DNA of 63,151 nt, counting the filler, from Stramenopiles sp. TOSAG23-3 (taxonomy: Eukaryota), in NCBI GenBank assembly GCA_900128585.1. It is 6 parts of 6 records of this genome, joined end to end, with 100 filler letters (N's around TTAATTAATTAA, not from the genome) between each part and the next. Parts side by side here need not be neighbours in the genome. Positions count along the whole stretch, not along the records: positions 21,110 to 31,556 come from LT642816.1; positions 31,657 to 42,096 come from LT642817.1; 4 more parts are not named here. The stretch is one strand, 5' to 3'. This document shows, in pieces, positions 21,420 through 31,946 of this stretch. The translations under genes were made by a program, and so were the position numbers. The notes beneath the pieces are model-generated. The model saw only the letters and a list, made by a program, of their open reading frames with translations. It made no database searches and had not been told where the DNA came from. Each line of letters opens with the position of its first letter. Position 1 is the first letter of the stretch.

Positions 21420-23033
21420 ATGGCTGCAAACGCTGCACCGCCGTGCGAAACAGTAGAGTACGTGCAAAGATATGAACAGTGCTGCGGCCTTTATAACAAT
21501 GTTGTTGATACTTTGTATGGTGAGAGCTCGGTCCCGGGGCGCTCTTTGAAAGAGCGCCACGCGGTTAATTGTTTAAGGGAGTGCAGAGATCTCTTAAGTG
21601 TAGCCCTGCCTTCCTCGGTGTGTTGTAATTTTTGTGGGAAATGGAGAGCAATGCTTTCCAGGATCCTTGTCCTCCACGGTCGTATCATTGAATGGGAAAA
21701 TTCTTCGGGGGCTTTGGAACTGTACAATGATGGCTTAACTGCGTCTTCAGGGGAACATGTTGATGCACTGCTCCACACTGGCCGTTTGACATGGAAGCTA
21801 GCATCCACGGAAGAAGACTTGAAAACGTCAGAGCAGCTGCTAAGAAAGGCTCGCGCCATTGCAAGTCACAACTTGCCAGAGGAGGAGGAAGCCTTTCAAG
21901 AAGCCGGGAAATTGTTGGGCCGTTTGCTTTGCCAGAATCCAAAGAAGAGCGTAGAAGCATACCGACTGCTAGAGGAATTAGGGTTTACATTTGGCTTTTC
22001 AAATAAACTCACCACCTGCGACTTGGCTGGTGCTGGTCGCTCAGCAACGCAAAAAGAGTGTCAGGGCCGAGTGTACGTCACCGACAATGTCTATAATGAC
22101 AGAATGATGGCCCATATGCTCGACCTTTTCGCACCTAATTCAGAATTTTGGAGCGAACATAATTATGGGAGCCCGGGCCGCGGCTTCTTTTCTTACCAGA
22201 ATATTTTAGACAATCAAAAACAAAGTGATAGACCAAGGTCAACCTTTGAAGACATATTGCTGCACATTCGTTCGCGCGCGGCTGTCGGATTTCCCGCCGT
22301 TGCAAATGCAAAGTATGCGGAATGGTGGGCTCATACGCGCCCACACTCGAATGGGCATCAGCTCCATTTTGATTATGTGGTAGGAGAGGACGGCGTGAGT
22401 CCGCGCCACCCCATTATGTCGTCAATTAGTTTTATAGATGCGAGCTGTGGAGGACCTACCCTTGTGCTGGATCAAACAATGACAAACGAAATAACGTCCG
22501 AAGGGTTTTTGTTAGTTCCAAAAGCAAATCGCTTGGCTTGCTTTAATGGAAAGTTGTTGCACTGTGTTCTCCCTGGTGCGGGAGTTGTACCGGGTGGGGA
22601 CAATAGGAAGCGCCGTCTGACCTTTATGGTTGCCTTCTGGAACAAAGACCCTCGAGCGCCCCCCATGCCCAACGCAAACAGTAAGCACACGGGTCTTCAG
22701 CGGCTAAAATGGCCTGTAAAATTTGGCGAAACAGTCGCGTCAAAACTGCCAAACAGTTGCCAGAAGCGCTGCAACGTCACCCCGAGTGAAACGAACGTGC
22801 GTTACATTGATTGCGTCTTCCAGAGCGTCAAGCACCCGGTAGGATCAAAGAAACGAAAGAGAATGACAATTAAGCCAGGGATCGATTTACTTGGGGACGA
22901 TGTATTTTCTTTTTTTGGCAGTTTAGACAGTGGCCTGGTGGTTGCGAGAAGTGGCGTGTGCTCCCTAAACTGTGGCGGGAAGTGCCCTGCTTGCCTGAAA
23001 GATGCAAATGGTGATTTAAGTATGATAAATTAG
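21420..23033 (+). CDS. Fe(II)/2-oxoglutarate dioxygenase-like protein with a helical N-terminal region
   Basis: AEWWAHTRP..GHQLHFD (HxD), GGPTLV, NRLACFNGKLLHCV (distal His) and RRLT (2OG-binding Arg). Confidence 0.75.
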   Translation: MAANAAPPCETVEYVQRYEQCCGLYNNVVDTLYGESSVPGRSLKERHAVNCLRECRDLLSVALPSSVCCNFCGKWRAMLSRILVLHGRIIEWENSSGALELYNDGLTASSGEHVDALLHTGRLTWKLASTEEDLKTSEQLLRKARAIASHNLPEEEEAFQEAGKLLGRLLCQNPKKSVEAYRLLEELGFTFGFSNKLTTCDLAGAGRSATQKECQGRVYVTDNVYNDRMMAHMLDLFAPNSEFWSEHNYGSPGRGFFSYQNILDNQKQSDRPRSTFEDILLHIRSRAAVGFPAVANAKYAEWWAHTRPHSNGHQLHFDYVVGEDGVSPRHPIMSSISFIDASCGGPTLVLDQTMTNEITSEGFLLVPKANRLACFNGKLLHCVLPGAGVVPGGDNRKRRLTFMVAFWNKDPRAPPMPNANSKHTGLQRLKWPVKFGETVASKLPNSCQKRCNVTPSETNVRYIDCVFQSVKHPVGSKKRKRMTIKPGIDLLGDDVFSFFGSLDSGLVVARSGVCSLNCGGKCPACLKDANGDLSMIN

Positions 23034-23136
23034 TTAAACTCTATGTACTGCGAACTGTTGTGATTTTAGTATCTTAAATCAATATAACACCCCTTTTTAA
23101 AAACAAGAAAATTCACCCCTTATATCTTTTATTATT

Positions 23137-23225
23137 AACAAAAAAATTGGCTGTTATTTAAGTATCAGTATAATTAAAATTAAATGTACTGCGAACTTAA
23201 AACAAATTTAATATAGTATGCTTTT
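23137..23225 (+). repeat. Full copy of the dispersed 3'-intergenic element, followed by the second (TATAGTATGCTTT) motif
   Basis: AACAAAAAAATTGGCTGTTATTTAAGTATCAGTATAATTAAAATTAAATGTACTGCGAACT, then AACAAATTTAATATAGTATGCTTTT. An inverted partial copy lies at 23228-23250. Confidence 0.8.
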
Positions 23226-23286
23226 ATTAAAATAACAGCCAATATTTTGTAATTGAGCGCAAGTTTAAAATTCAGAAAACCGACCT

Positions 23287-24795
23287 CTAAAAAGGACGAT
23301 AGTACTCATCGGATTCGAATTCCTTCCCCATAGCAGATGAGAATATCCCTGCAAAGTTAAATTCCAGATCCGAATCGGAGGTAGATGGGTTTTGCACAAG
23401 GCTCAAATCTAAGTTCACCCCCTCGTCAAATGAGACTTTTGATGGGCTCAGCTGCTGCATCAATCCGGACGCATAACTCGCGACGACTTTATCGGTCTCT
23501 GTCGGCACAGCAGATTTTATAACACTTTTGATCTTGTCGTTCACTTTGGCATCAAATAAAGAAGCTATTGCTGACATGGCTTTACATGCAACGCCGTCCA
23601 TGGTGTGCGAGACGGATAAGCTGCCAAAGTCCCATGAAGAGTGCGGAGACATTACGGGCCGCCCATCACCGGTCGATGTCACATTCAAAACTACATCGAC
23701 CGCTGCGTTCGATAGCGAAGCTGTCACAGTCCCCGAGCAAGACAACCATGTTACATACATATGTTTTTTTATCGTAAACGAGCTTGACGGTATGTTCAGT
23801 GCTATTCCCGATAGCGATAGGACAGGCCCAGATTCCGCTTTGAAGGAAGAGCTTGATTTAGAAAACGAAAACCCTCTCAGCTTGATGCCCTCAACAGAGT
23901 ACCGAAAACTTGTCCCGGCAGCGGAAAAGCCCCCACTAATATCTGGAACACCAATAGAATTTAATTGCTGGCTTAAATAAGGAGAGAAATTGTCGACGGC
24001 TTTTTGCAGACCAGTCTGTTCGACGGCCATGTTCACGCCAGCAACGCCGTCGGCAAGAGCAGACGTTAGCCTTCGCCTCGCCTCTTCGATCAGCAACCGC
24101 CTGCGCTCAAGGTCGTCGGCAAGGTCATCGTCAAAGGCTATGGTTGCCGGCACAGTCAATACATTGTTTTTCAAATTTTGGATTACCATTTCGGTAAGAG
24201 TCACTCCCTCCACTTTCGGGAAGTAAATACCAGGAAAGTTTTTGTTGAATTGTGGGGCGATAATGTTCGTTGCAATCGCTTTCACAATAACGTTGAAGAA
24301 GGGGTTCGGTGGAATATCACCTATGTAACTTGCGAGCAAATCAGTGGAGGTCTCGGTAATTTTAACGGTGGCTGGGATCCTTCCCGCGTTGGGGCCCGTG
24401 GTTATCTGCTTTCCGAAGTCTGTAATCGCGCTTCCATTCACTAAAAACATCAGCAGGGGAAAGTGTTCTTTATTCGTATTAACTGCAGTCAAGTTCACAA
24501 TTAAATTATGGCCGTGGAGAACGGTATCTCCAGTGTCCAGGCTAACTGTCGGGGGGAACTCCTGCACCGTGACCTGGGCATTTATAAGGCATCCTGGACA
24601 TTTCTTATACGCCCCTGGAAGAAACTGTTTTATTGACGAAGTTGAATAACCTGGGAGAAGGGAAGAAAATTTTAGACGAGGAACGTACGCCTTTGCCATG
24701 CTGTTCAGCGAGGCTTCCGTTATCTCAAAGACGACATCCGAACACCTTGCTCCCCCGACAAAAAGCAAACACATGGCCACCCAGAGCAGACGCAT
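23287..24795 (-). CDS. Secreted BPI/LBP (TULIP) family lipid-binding protein with reversed domain order
   Basis: Signal peptide MRLLWVAMCLLFVGGARCS from ATG 24795. BPI-C-like VFEITEASLNSMAKAY...FLPGAYKKCP...PPTV precedes BPI-N-like GVNMAVEQTGLQ...IGVPDISG. The protein ends LDLSLVQNP...FAGIF. Confidence 0.75.
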   Translation of the reverse strand: MRLLWVAMCLLFVGGARCSDVVFEITEASLNSMAKAYVPRLKFSSLLPGYSTSSIKQFLPGAYKKCPGCLINAQVTVQEFPPTVSLDTGDTVLHGHNLIVNLTAVNTNKEHFPLLMFLVNGSAITDFGKQITTGPNAGRIPATVKITETSTDLLASYIGDIPPNPFFNVIVKAIATNIIAPQFNKNFPGIYFPKVEGVTLTEMVIQNLKNNVLTVPATIAFDDDLADDLERRRLLIEEARRRLTSALADGVAGVNMAVEQTGLQKAVDNFSPYLSQQLNSIGVPDISGGFSAAGTSFRYSVEGIKLRGFSFSKSSSSFKAESGPVLSLSGIALNIPSSSFTIKKHMYVTWLSCSGTVTASLSNAAVDVVLNVTSTGDGRPVMSPHSSWDFGSLSVSHTMDGVACKAMSAIASLFDAKVNDKIKSVIKSAVPTETDKVVASYASGLMQQLSPSKVSFDEGVNLDLSLVQNPSTSDSDLEFNFAGIFSSAMGKEFESDEYYRPF

Positions 24796-26010
24796 TTTTA
24801 AGTACGGCTGAAACGTTCGCGGCAGCAGATATGTATGTTTTTTAATGTTCTTCCTTAAACTGGAACTAAGTCTTTTACAAAACAAAACTAACAAATTAAA
24901 GCAGAATATTTAAAATTGTAAAGAATAATAGAATGAATTGTTCACGTACATTTCTTCATTCCAATAGTCTCTATAATAATAATATATTTATAGAAGAATA
25001 TTTTATCATATCCTCTCCTCCTCCCTCTCCTATACCTACCTCCTCTCTCTCTCGCTCCTCTTCTCCTCTCGTCGATGATGACGACGTAGTACCAGGTATA
25101 TTAAATATTTAGTATTTATTTATTATTTTTATCGGAACTTATTACTACGTACTCTGCTGTGCTCTGGCGAAATAAAAAAATAAAATAATAACTTCAATGT
25201 TTTTTTTTTTACTATCCTCCATCCGGCATAGAAGTTCTTTGGTATTGATACAGTATATGTACTTTTAATAATGTTAAAGTTAGAACTACGTACTATTAAA
25301 TTTTACTAAATTTATGTGACTAAATTTATGTATGTAGTATTTAGATGACTACGGTACAATTGTACATTTTATGAGGCTCGTACCAAGTACGGTACCAGGT
25401 TTGATTTTTAATACCTACCGGTACGAGGAGTCTTCTCTAACAATGTTTTTTTGGGTTATTGGGTTGAGCGTTGAGCGAAAACCGAACGCAATCTTCTTCT
25501 TCTTCTATTTTTTTTAATTATTTTTTTATATTTTTTTTTTTTTAGAACGACTTCTTTAAAAATTATATAAAAAATAATAATAAATAATAATAATATAAAA
25601 TTAATAATAATGATCTACGAGTAAGATATATGATGATGTTGGATGTTGTGAAGGATAATACTTCCTATTTTAGATGTTGTACCGGTACATATTTGTTATA
25701 TTATTATTAGTCGTCTATTATTACTTGTTGCCACACTACTTCTATTATTATATATAATATAAAAATACACCAAACGATTATTCCATATCCCAGCCGTGCT
25801 CGTATATATAATATGGGTACCCTTAATACGATATTATATATAAATTGTATGTTTATTTAATTTCAATTTATGAGATGAATTGCACTATCCTGGTTATGCA
25901 TTGTAATCGTGGTGAAGGTGGAGGTAAATATTTTGTTTTTCTGTTTGTACAACGTAGGAACACAAAGGAATTTTACGGACACCGGTGTAAAGAATAATTC
26001 GCCCTCAAGG

Positions 26011-26496
26011 ATGGATACGGATCAACTGACTACAGATGCAACGATCGCGGCTGGCGTTGTCGGTGGTGGTTTGTTTTTGGCAGAAAAAGCCGGGAACTCG
26101 AAAGCCAAACGACTTCGAGAGCGGTTTGAAACGAAACACGACCAATTCATACAATGGCAGAAGAAATACCCAAAGCTCATGTGGTGGTTTGGTGAACTGA
26201 ATGCAATTGTAGATGCAGCATTAGGATTTGGCGATCTTACTACCGACATTTTGACTGCTGCAATGTTTTTGCAAAAAGGCCATAGCTGGTGGTTCTTCTG
26301 GACCGTACTCTTCATTGTGCTGCCGTTCCTTCTGTCCTCGTACGCGATCGGGCAATACATTCGCCGTACTTACGGCCCAAACGGAAAATTTTTATGGTGC
26401 CTAAGTTGGTATGTGTCTGAAAACCCCAATCTCTCGGAAAATGCTGGTTGTGCTATTGCAAGCCTTCTCGGCCAACAAGCTGCTACCTCAAATTAA
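26011..26496 (+). CDS. XK-related membrane protein, N-terminal part only (truncated or mis-assembled)
   Basis: DLTTDILTAAMFLQKGHSWWFFWTVLFIVLP resembles XK-family TM1-2. A GTATGT donor lies at 26409. The later TM helices are absent. Confidence 0.5.
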   Translation: MDTDQLTTDATIAAGVVGGGLFLAEKAGNSKAKRLRERFETKHDQFIQWQKKYPKLMWWFGELNAIVDAALGFGDLTTDILTAAMFLQKGHSWWFFWTVLFIVLPFLLSSYAIGQYIRRTYGPNGKFLWCLSWYVSENPNLSENAGCAIASLLGQQAATSN

Positions 26497-26805
26497 ACAT
26501 CAAGAGCCAAGAAACGGACAAAAAGAGTCGCATATCTCTTGCACAATCTCTAACCAAGGCCAGGGAAAAAGATCCTGCAGTGATCCACAAGCATATAATG
26601 TGGTGAAGAATATTTTTTTAAAATATCCTTGTACAAGTGCATGTGTCCTAAAAAGAGAGTTTTATCATTTACGAATTAATTAAAAGTAAATGAAAACAAA
26701 ATACTATTTTCTATTTTAATTTTTAAACGTGTTAAAAAGAACAAATTATATATAATTTTGGTTTTAATTTAAGAATAAAATTAGCTAAAGTTAATAAAGA
26801 GAATA

Positions 26806-26856
26806 AGTTCGCAGTAAAAGAATTTTAAAATTACTTAAACAGCCAAGTTTTTGTTT
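26806..26856 (-). repeat. Copy of the dispersed 3'-intergenic element
   Basis: The reverse complement reads AAACAAAAACTTGGCTGTTTAAGTAATTTTAAAATTCTTTTACTGCGAACT. Confidence 0.78.
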
Positions 26857-27157
26857 ATTAAGTTTTATAAAAAAAACTAATTCAGTTGATCTAAATTTTG
26901 AGAGTAAATGTTTCAATATCATGTAAAACCACTCAAAGTTATTTTGATGTTAAACCATTTCTAAAGTTTCATAAAGTTAGGAAAAAACAAAAATGCGTAG
27001 ATTAGTTTGTTCAAAAAAGTTATATTTTTGAATACCATACGATATTTTTCCATGTAAGGCGATGCGACGTGTTCTTATACTTCATTCCATGCAAAATGCG
27101 AATTTGTTTTTATCGATTTGTCTTTCCCTTACGCGTAAATTAATGTCTACATAATAA

Positions 27158-27193
27158 AAACAAGAAAATTGGCTGTTATTTAAGTAATTAAAT
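27158..27193 (+). repeat. Partial copy of the dispersed 3'-intergenic element
   Basis: AAACAAGAAAATTGGCTGTTATTTAAGTAATTAAAT. Confidence 0.78.
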
Positions 27194-27295
27194 TTAGCTT
27201 CGTCGTACCCTAATCCTAACTACATAATATAAAACCTAAAATAAAAAATTTTACTCTCTCAGTCTCTCAGTTCTTTCTCAATGCGGAGTTAATTT

Positions 27296-30200
27296 TCATA
27301 TTCTGTCAAAATCCAAATCAGACATTTCCTTCTTTTTCCCCTTCTTCTTGCTACGCTGGACGTATTTAAATCCTCCGCCACTGTTACTGCTGCTTGGCCC
27401 ACTCAGGTTTGCATCTGGTGTGATGAAATACCCATCTTCCCCATGACTATTTTCTGACGCGAGCAGTTTCAGAATTATGGACATCACTTTATCTTCAGAT
27501 CGCTTAAAAGAGTCACTGTTTGGGTTGTCCAGTCGCTGCTCCAAAACAATGTCCATTTCTTCTCTGAGCAAAGCCATTATTTTCCACGTTTCCGCCGATG
27601 TCTTGAAGGAAATTCCTTTGTCTCCAACTGTAATTAGCATGCTGTCAAAATTGTAGTTCATCGGGCCGCCAAACAAGAGCAGGGCGCGCGAGCTGACGAC
27701 TGAACTGTCGTACACGTAAAGCTCTGACGTTCTTTGCTTTTGGTGGTACACCATCCATCGCTTTTTTCCAAAAACGCATTTATAATTGACAGACGATGGG
27801 TGAATGCAAACCTTTTCCGACCGTGAATAGAATTCGTATCCGTACCTTGCGTTTTTTTTCTGCGACTTTTGGACGCTAATAACATTCGGGTATAGGCCAG
27901 CAACCAGGACGCTTCGAATAACGGCAAGGTTTTTTCCGTTATGGTTGCATGGAGAAAGTTCTGCTCCACTTTCCCACAACGTCATGGGCTCGTCTTCGTC
28001 CAACCCAGCGCGAGCCTTATCACGCTTGCGAAGAAACCCTGCACCAATCAACAAGTTTCGAAACTGTCGTCGAAGATGCTTCATCATCTCCAAAGTTGTT
28101 TGGGACAAGAAGTTGTCCCTGCAGAATTTTCGCCTATCTTTGTTGTGTTTTATCCCAAACCACTGGTTGTATGCATTTACGATGCTTAGCAGATCGGAAT
28201 CGGCCTTGGAAAAACCGAGCTTTGCGTCTCTTGCTTTTTCGCGACAATTTAAAGGGTTCAGGAAAGGGCTTTTTGTACTGAGGCCGGCGGCAATGGTTAA
28301 AACGGGCTCGATGCACCCCAGAATAGTGCCATAAACCAGCATTTTGCCTAGCCCTGCATCAACAGGCAAGTTTGCCAAATGCAGTCCCAGAGGAGTCAGT
28401 TCTTGTTGCTGGTCGAGCGCCTTGATCTCTTGTAACTTGTTCACGGAGACATTTACTAAGCTGTCTCTGGGAGGGTCGATTGTCTTCATCAAAAACTCTG
28501 AGGGGACCCCAAGTTGCAGCAATCGAATTTGCAAGACCACGTGCTCAAGTGAGGAGCGCTGAATCTCTGGAATTTGGTAGGGCAGCATAATTTGCTCCCA
28601 GGTCGCGAAGGAAAATAGCTGAAAGCATACGCCGCGGCGGACGCGCCCAGCGCGCCCAAGACGCTGCATGGCGTTTGCGTGGCTGACCCAAGTTTCAACC
28701 AAAGCTTGGCACTGGCTGCTTTCGTTGTACTGTATCTCTTTCACCCTGCCCGTGTCAATGACAAACGCGACGTCATCGATGGTAATACTCGTCTCGGCAA
28801 TGTTAGTGGTGCAAATGACCTTTCGGACGCCTTGAAAATGCTTAAAGACAATACGTTGCTGTGGAACAGTTAACGATCCGTGCAACGGGAGGATACGGCA
28901 TCCCGCCTTTGCAACCCTCTCTTCCAACAAATTGCAGAGTCTGTTGATCTCCCCGATCCCCGGCATGAAAATCAATATCGAACCGTACGGGTTCTCCTCG
29001 TCCCTGGGCACCTCGTTGCAGATGTGCAAGACAAGTTTTTCAATCAAATCGTAGTTTATTGCCACATCATCGAGTCTCTGGACCATTTGTTGGATGTGTT
29101 GGGGGTAATTGTTCATGTAAGCCTTCACGGCGCGTTCCTTCTCCGCCGCTTTTTGTTTCTCCGCGTCTGTCATTGGCTTCCTCCGTGCAAGGTGGAACTG
29201 GTGCACTTGGTGGTTGGGATTCTTCATCTGCTGTGGCAACGGCCGGTACTTAATTTTGTGCAGTATGTCTTCAAGCCCAAATTTCTCCACTTCAAAGGTG
29301 CGCCCCGGTATATGCATTGTTGGACACCCATTGAAATAGTCGGAAAATAAGTTTGCATTCAAAGTCGCGCTCATTAGTACCAGCTTCAGATCCGAACGTT
29401 TCGACAGAATATCCTTAAGTATCACTAGCGAAAAATCGGACAGTGTTTCCCTCTCGTGAACCTCGTCGATTATGATATGGGACACCCCCGTGGCAAGCGG
29501 GTCTGAGGCCAAGCGTCGGAGAAATATTCCCATCGTGCAAAATTCAATCCTGGTGTGGTGAGATACGCGTGTTTCCAGCCTGATTTGATACCCGACTACG
29601 TCCCCGACCTTTTCTCCGCGCTCAGAGGCCACCCTCTCGGCGACCCCGATGGCGCTCAAACGGCGAGGCTGGGTACAAACGATGTTGCACTGTCCCCCGT
29701 TTTCTTTTCCCACCTCATTTTCCAATATAAACTGAGGGATCTGCGTCGTCTTTCCGCACCCCGTTTCTCCTGAAACGACGATCACTTGGCTTTTCTCCAG
29801 TTGCTCCAAAAACGCTTCCTTAAACTTGGCAGCAGGCAGGTTTGACCTGTGGTGTTGCATTTGCCGAAAACTATCCACCTGGGCAACGGAACGTGAGCGC
29901 TCAGTCAAGTACTGGCTTTCTTGGTACGGGCTTGAACGATTCCTTCTGTTATTATTTGGGTTGAATGTTTTTCGGTAAGATTGACGAAGTCGTTCCGTGC
30001 GGGATACGCCGGCGCTCCCTGCTGATGCTGCACTTTCAGAAACGTCGGAAGCGCTGCCGCCCTTCACTGACGGGGATTCCTTTGAACCCGCCTCGAAGCC
30101 GTCTGGGGCGTCCCCTTCCGAAACTACGACACAGTCCTCGTTGCACAGCGCATCTGAGCGAAGTATTTCTTCGTAGTTGGAGGAGTTCCCACTGACAGAA

Positions 30201-30760
30201 ATTTTTAAAAACGCGCGCGTCGGCTTCTTTATTTTGCACTTTTTTGATTTAAACGTCGCTTTTGCGATCTTGAAAATCTCTTTTAAATTGTCCGTCCGTT
30301 TCACCGAACTCATCTTCACCTCTGAGTTTATCAAATTCCCAACCCGAATTCTAACGTTTGCACCGGACGGGACCCGCTTCGATCGTTCCTCGTTCTTCTT
30401 GTCCAGCATTCCCTTCTTGCGATCTTCGACTAACTCAGCCTTGATGATTTTCATCACTCCTTTCCTTGCTTTTTTGCGTGGCTTGGGTTTTTTCTTCGAA
30501 CGCGACGTGTCCCCCTGCCCTTCGGCAGGCGCGTCGCCCGCTGTCCCACCCTCCCGGGCGGACCGAAGTGCGTACAGCTCGTCAAGAGCCTCAAGAATCA
30601 AATGTTTATCCGCCGATTTCAGAGATAAACCAGATGAGGCTTCAGGCTGAAACACCGTCGAAAAAATTTTCCTGCCGCCGGCCTTCTTTTTCTCTGTCGC
30701 CGCCGCCGCGTTGGCCTTCTTGTGGCGATGTTTGTTCTTCGCCATCCGCTTTGAATTCAT
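27296..30760 (-). CDS. DEAH/RHA RNA helicase (DHX57/DHX36/DHX29-like)
   Basis: GETGCGKTTQ, TQPRRLSA, DEVH, MSAT, TNIAETSITI, QRLGRAGR, HA2 region LTPLGLHLANLPVD and OB region IHPSSVN. Confidence 0.93.
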   Translation of the reverse strand: MNSKRMAKNKHRHKKANAAAATEKKKAGGRKIFSTVFQPEASSGLSLKSADKHLILEALDELYALRSAREGGTAGDAPAEGQGDTSRSKKKPKPRKKARKGVMKIIKAELVEDRKKGMLDKKNEERSKRVPSGANVRIRVGNLINSEVKMSSVKRTDNLKEIFKIAKATFKSKKCKIKKPTRAFLKISVSGNSSNYEEILRSDALCNEDCVVVSEGDAPDGFEAGSKESPSVKGGSASDVSESAASAGSAGVSRTERLRQSYRKTFNPNNNRRNRSSPYQESQYLTERSRSVAQVDSFRQMQHHRSNLPAAKFKEAFLEQLEKSQVIVVSGETGCGKTTQIPQFILENEVGKENGGQCNIVCTQPRRLSAIGVAERVASERGEKVGDVVGYQIRLETRVSHHTRIEFCTMGIFLRRLASDPLATGVSHIIIDEVHERETLSDFSLVILKDILSKRSDLKLVLMSATLNANLFSDYFNGCPTMHIPGRTFEVEKFGLEDILHKIKYRPLPQQMKNPNHQVHQFHLARRKPMTDAEKQKAAEKERAVKAYMNNYPQHIQQMVQRLDDVAINYDLIEKLVLHICNEVPRDEENPYGSILIFMPGIGEINRLCNLLEERVAKAGCRILPLHGSLTVPQQRIVFKHFQGVRKVICTTNIAETSITIDDVAFVIDTGRVKEIQYNESSQCQALVETWVSHANAMQRLGRAGRVRRGVCFQLFSFATWEQIMLPYQIPEIQRSSLEHVVLQIRLLQLGVPSEFLMKTIDPPRDSLVNVSVNKLQEIKALDQQQELTPLGLHLANLPVDAGLGKMLVYGTILGCIEPVLTIAAGLSTKSPFLNPLNCREKARDAKLGFSKADSDLLSIVNAYNQWFGIKHNKDRRKFCRDNFLSQTTLEMMKHLRRQFRNLLIGAGFLRKRDKARAGLDEDEPMTLWESGAELSPCNHNGKNLAVIRSVLVAGLYPNVISVQKSQKKNARYGYEFYSRSEKVCIHPSSVNYKCVFGKKRWMVYHQKQRTSELYVYDSSVVSSRALLLFGGPMNYNFDSMLITVGDKGISFKTSAETWKIMALLREEMDIVLEQRLDNPNSDSFKRSEDKVMSIILKLLASENSHGEDGYFITPDANLSGPSSSNSGGGFKYVQRSKKKGKKKEMSDLDFDRI

Positions 30761-31556
30761 CGCGCCAAAAAGAGAAAAGAGAGTAACAAAACAGTCTGAT
30801 GTTATGGTTTAGTGAATCTATCGCATTTATTATTTATTTTTTTATCCATAGTTTGGTATGAATGCATACTTACATATATCTATGTATAAATAAATGTTCA
30901 ATGAAACAAATCTATTTCACCAAATAAATTTTAAAGGGGGTCGGTGGCGGTTGTCGGGTTCATCTCATAATTATTATAATAAAATAATACGTAATTCTTC
31001 CGAGCGGGGAGAGCAGCGGGGATCATCGGATGAAAATACATATTATCGATCGGGCAAGTCGTCCGTCGTCCATCATCGTCCGTCTGACCAAATTTTATTA
31101 GTCTCTACTATTGAAATTGAAATTAAAATTAAATAGTTCGTAGTCTATGATATTTTGTAGTTTTATTAAATGAAAAGTATTTTTATATTATACATACTGT
31201 ATTAATCTAAAATATGATTTTTTTTCGTCTTTGTTTTTGTACTTTTGCCTATATGCATAAAATTGAAAATCAGTTGATTGTATTACAATATTAGATTTGA
31301 AATTGAATTCTTTTGTTTTTTTGTGTTTTATACTTATTTGAAATATAATCATACTAATATTAATAGGTTGATTTAAACGTCTTCCTCTTGGACCAAAAAT
31401 AACAACACTAATTCTTTTTAATTCTTTTAGAGAGACATAAAAATGAGAAAAAGTACAATGAAGCTTCAGAAGGGATCTTCTTTGAATTTACAAAAGAGAA
31501 AGAATGGGAAGGGTACAAACAATTGAATTGAATTGAATTGGCTTAATTTATTGTTT

Positions 31557-31656
31557 NNNNNNNNNNNNNNNNNNNNNNNNNNNNNNNNNNNNNNNNNNNN
31601 TTAATTAATTAANNNNNNNNNNNNNNNNNNNNNNNNNNNNNNNNNNNNNNNNNNNN
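31557..31656. other. Artificial scaffold linker
   Basis: 44 N + TTAATTAATTAA + 44 N. Confidence 0.98.
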
Positions 31657-31731
31657 AGAAGAAAGAAGAAAGAAGAAAGAAGAAAGAAGAAAGAAGAAAG
31701 AAGAAAGAAGAAAGAAGAAAGAAGAAAGAAG
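31657..31731 (+). repeat. (AGAAAGA)n heptamer microsatellite at the scaffold start
   Basis: Directly visible simple repeat. Confidence 0.9.
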
Positions 31732-31946
31732 AGAAGAATGAATGAATAAAAAATGAAAGAAGAAAACCAAGTGGTTGGGATTCAAAAGATATGATTCCCA
31801 TTTCTATAATATAGGTGTTGTAAATTAAATTGTAAACATTGATACACGAAGATATTTCATTCAGTTCATAAACATACCACAATTGCTTTCAGATTTTCAA
31901 CTGAATTCATTTTCCTTTTTTCTTTCTACGACGACTGCAGACCACC

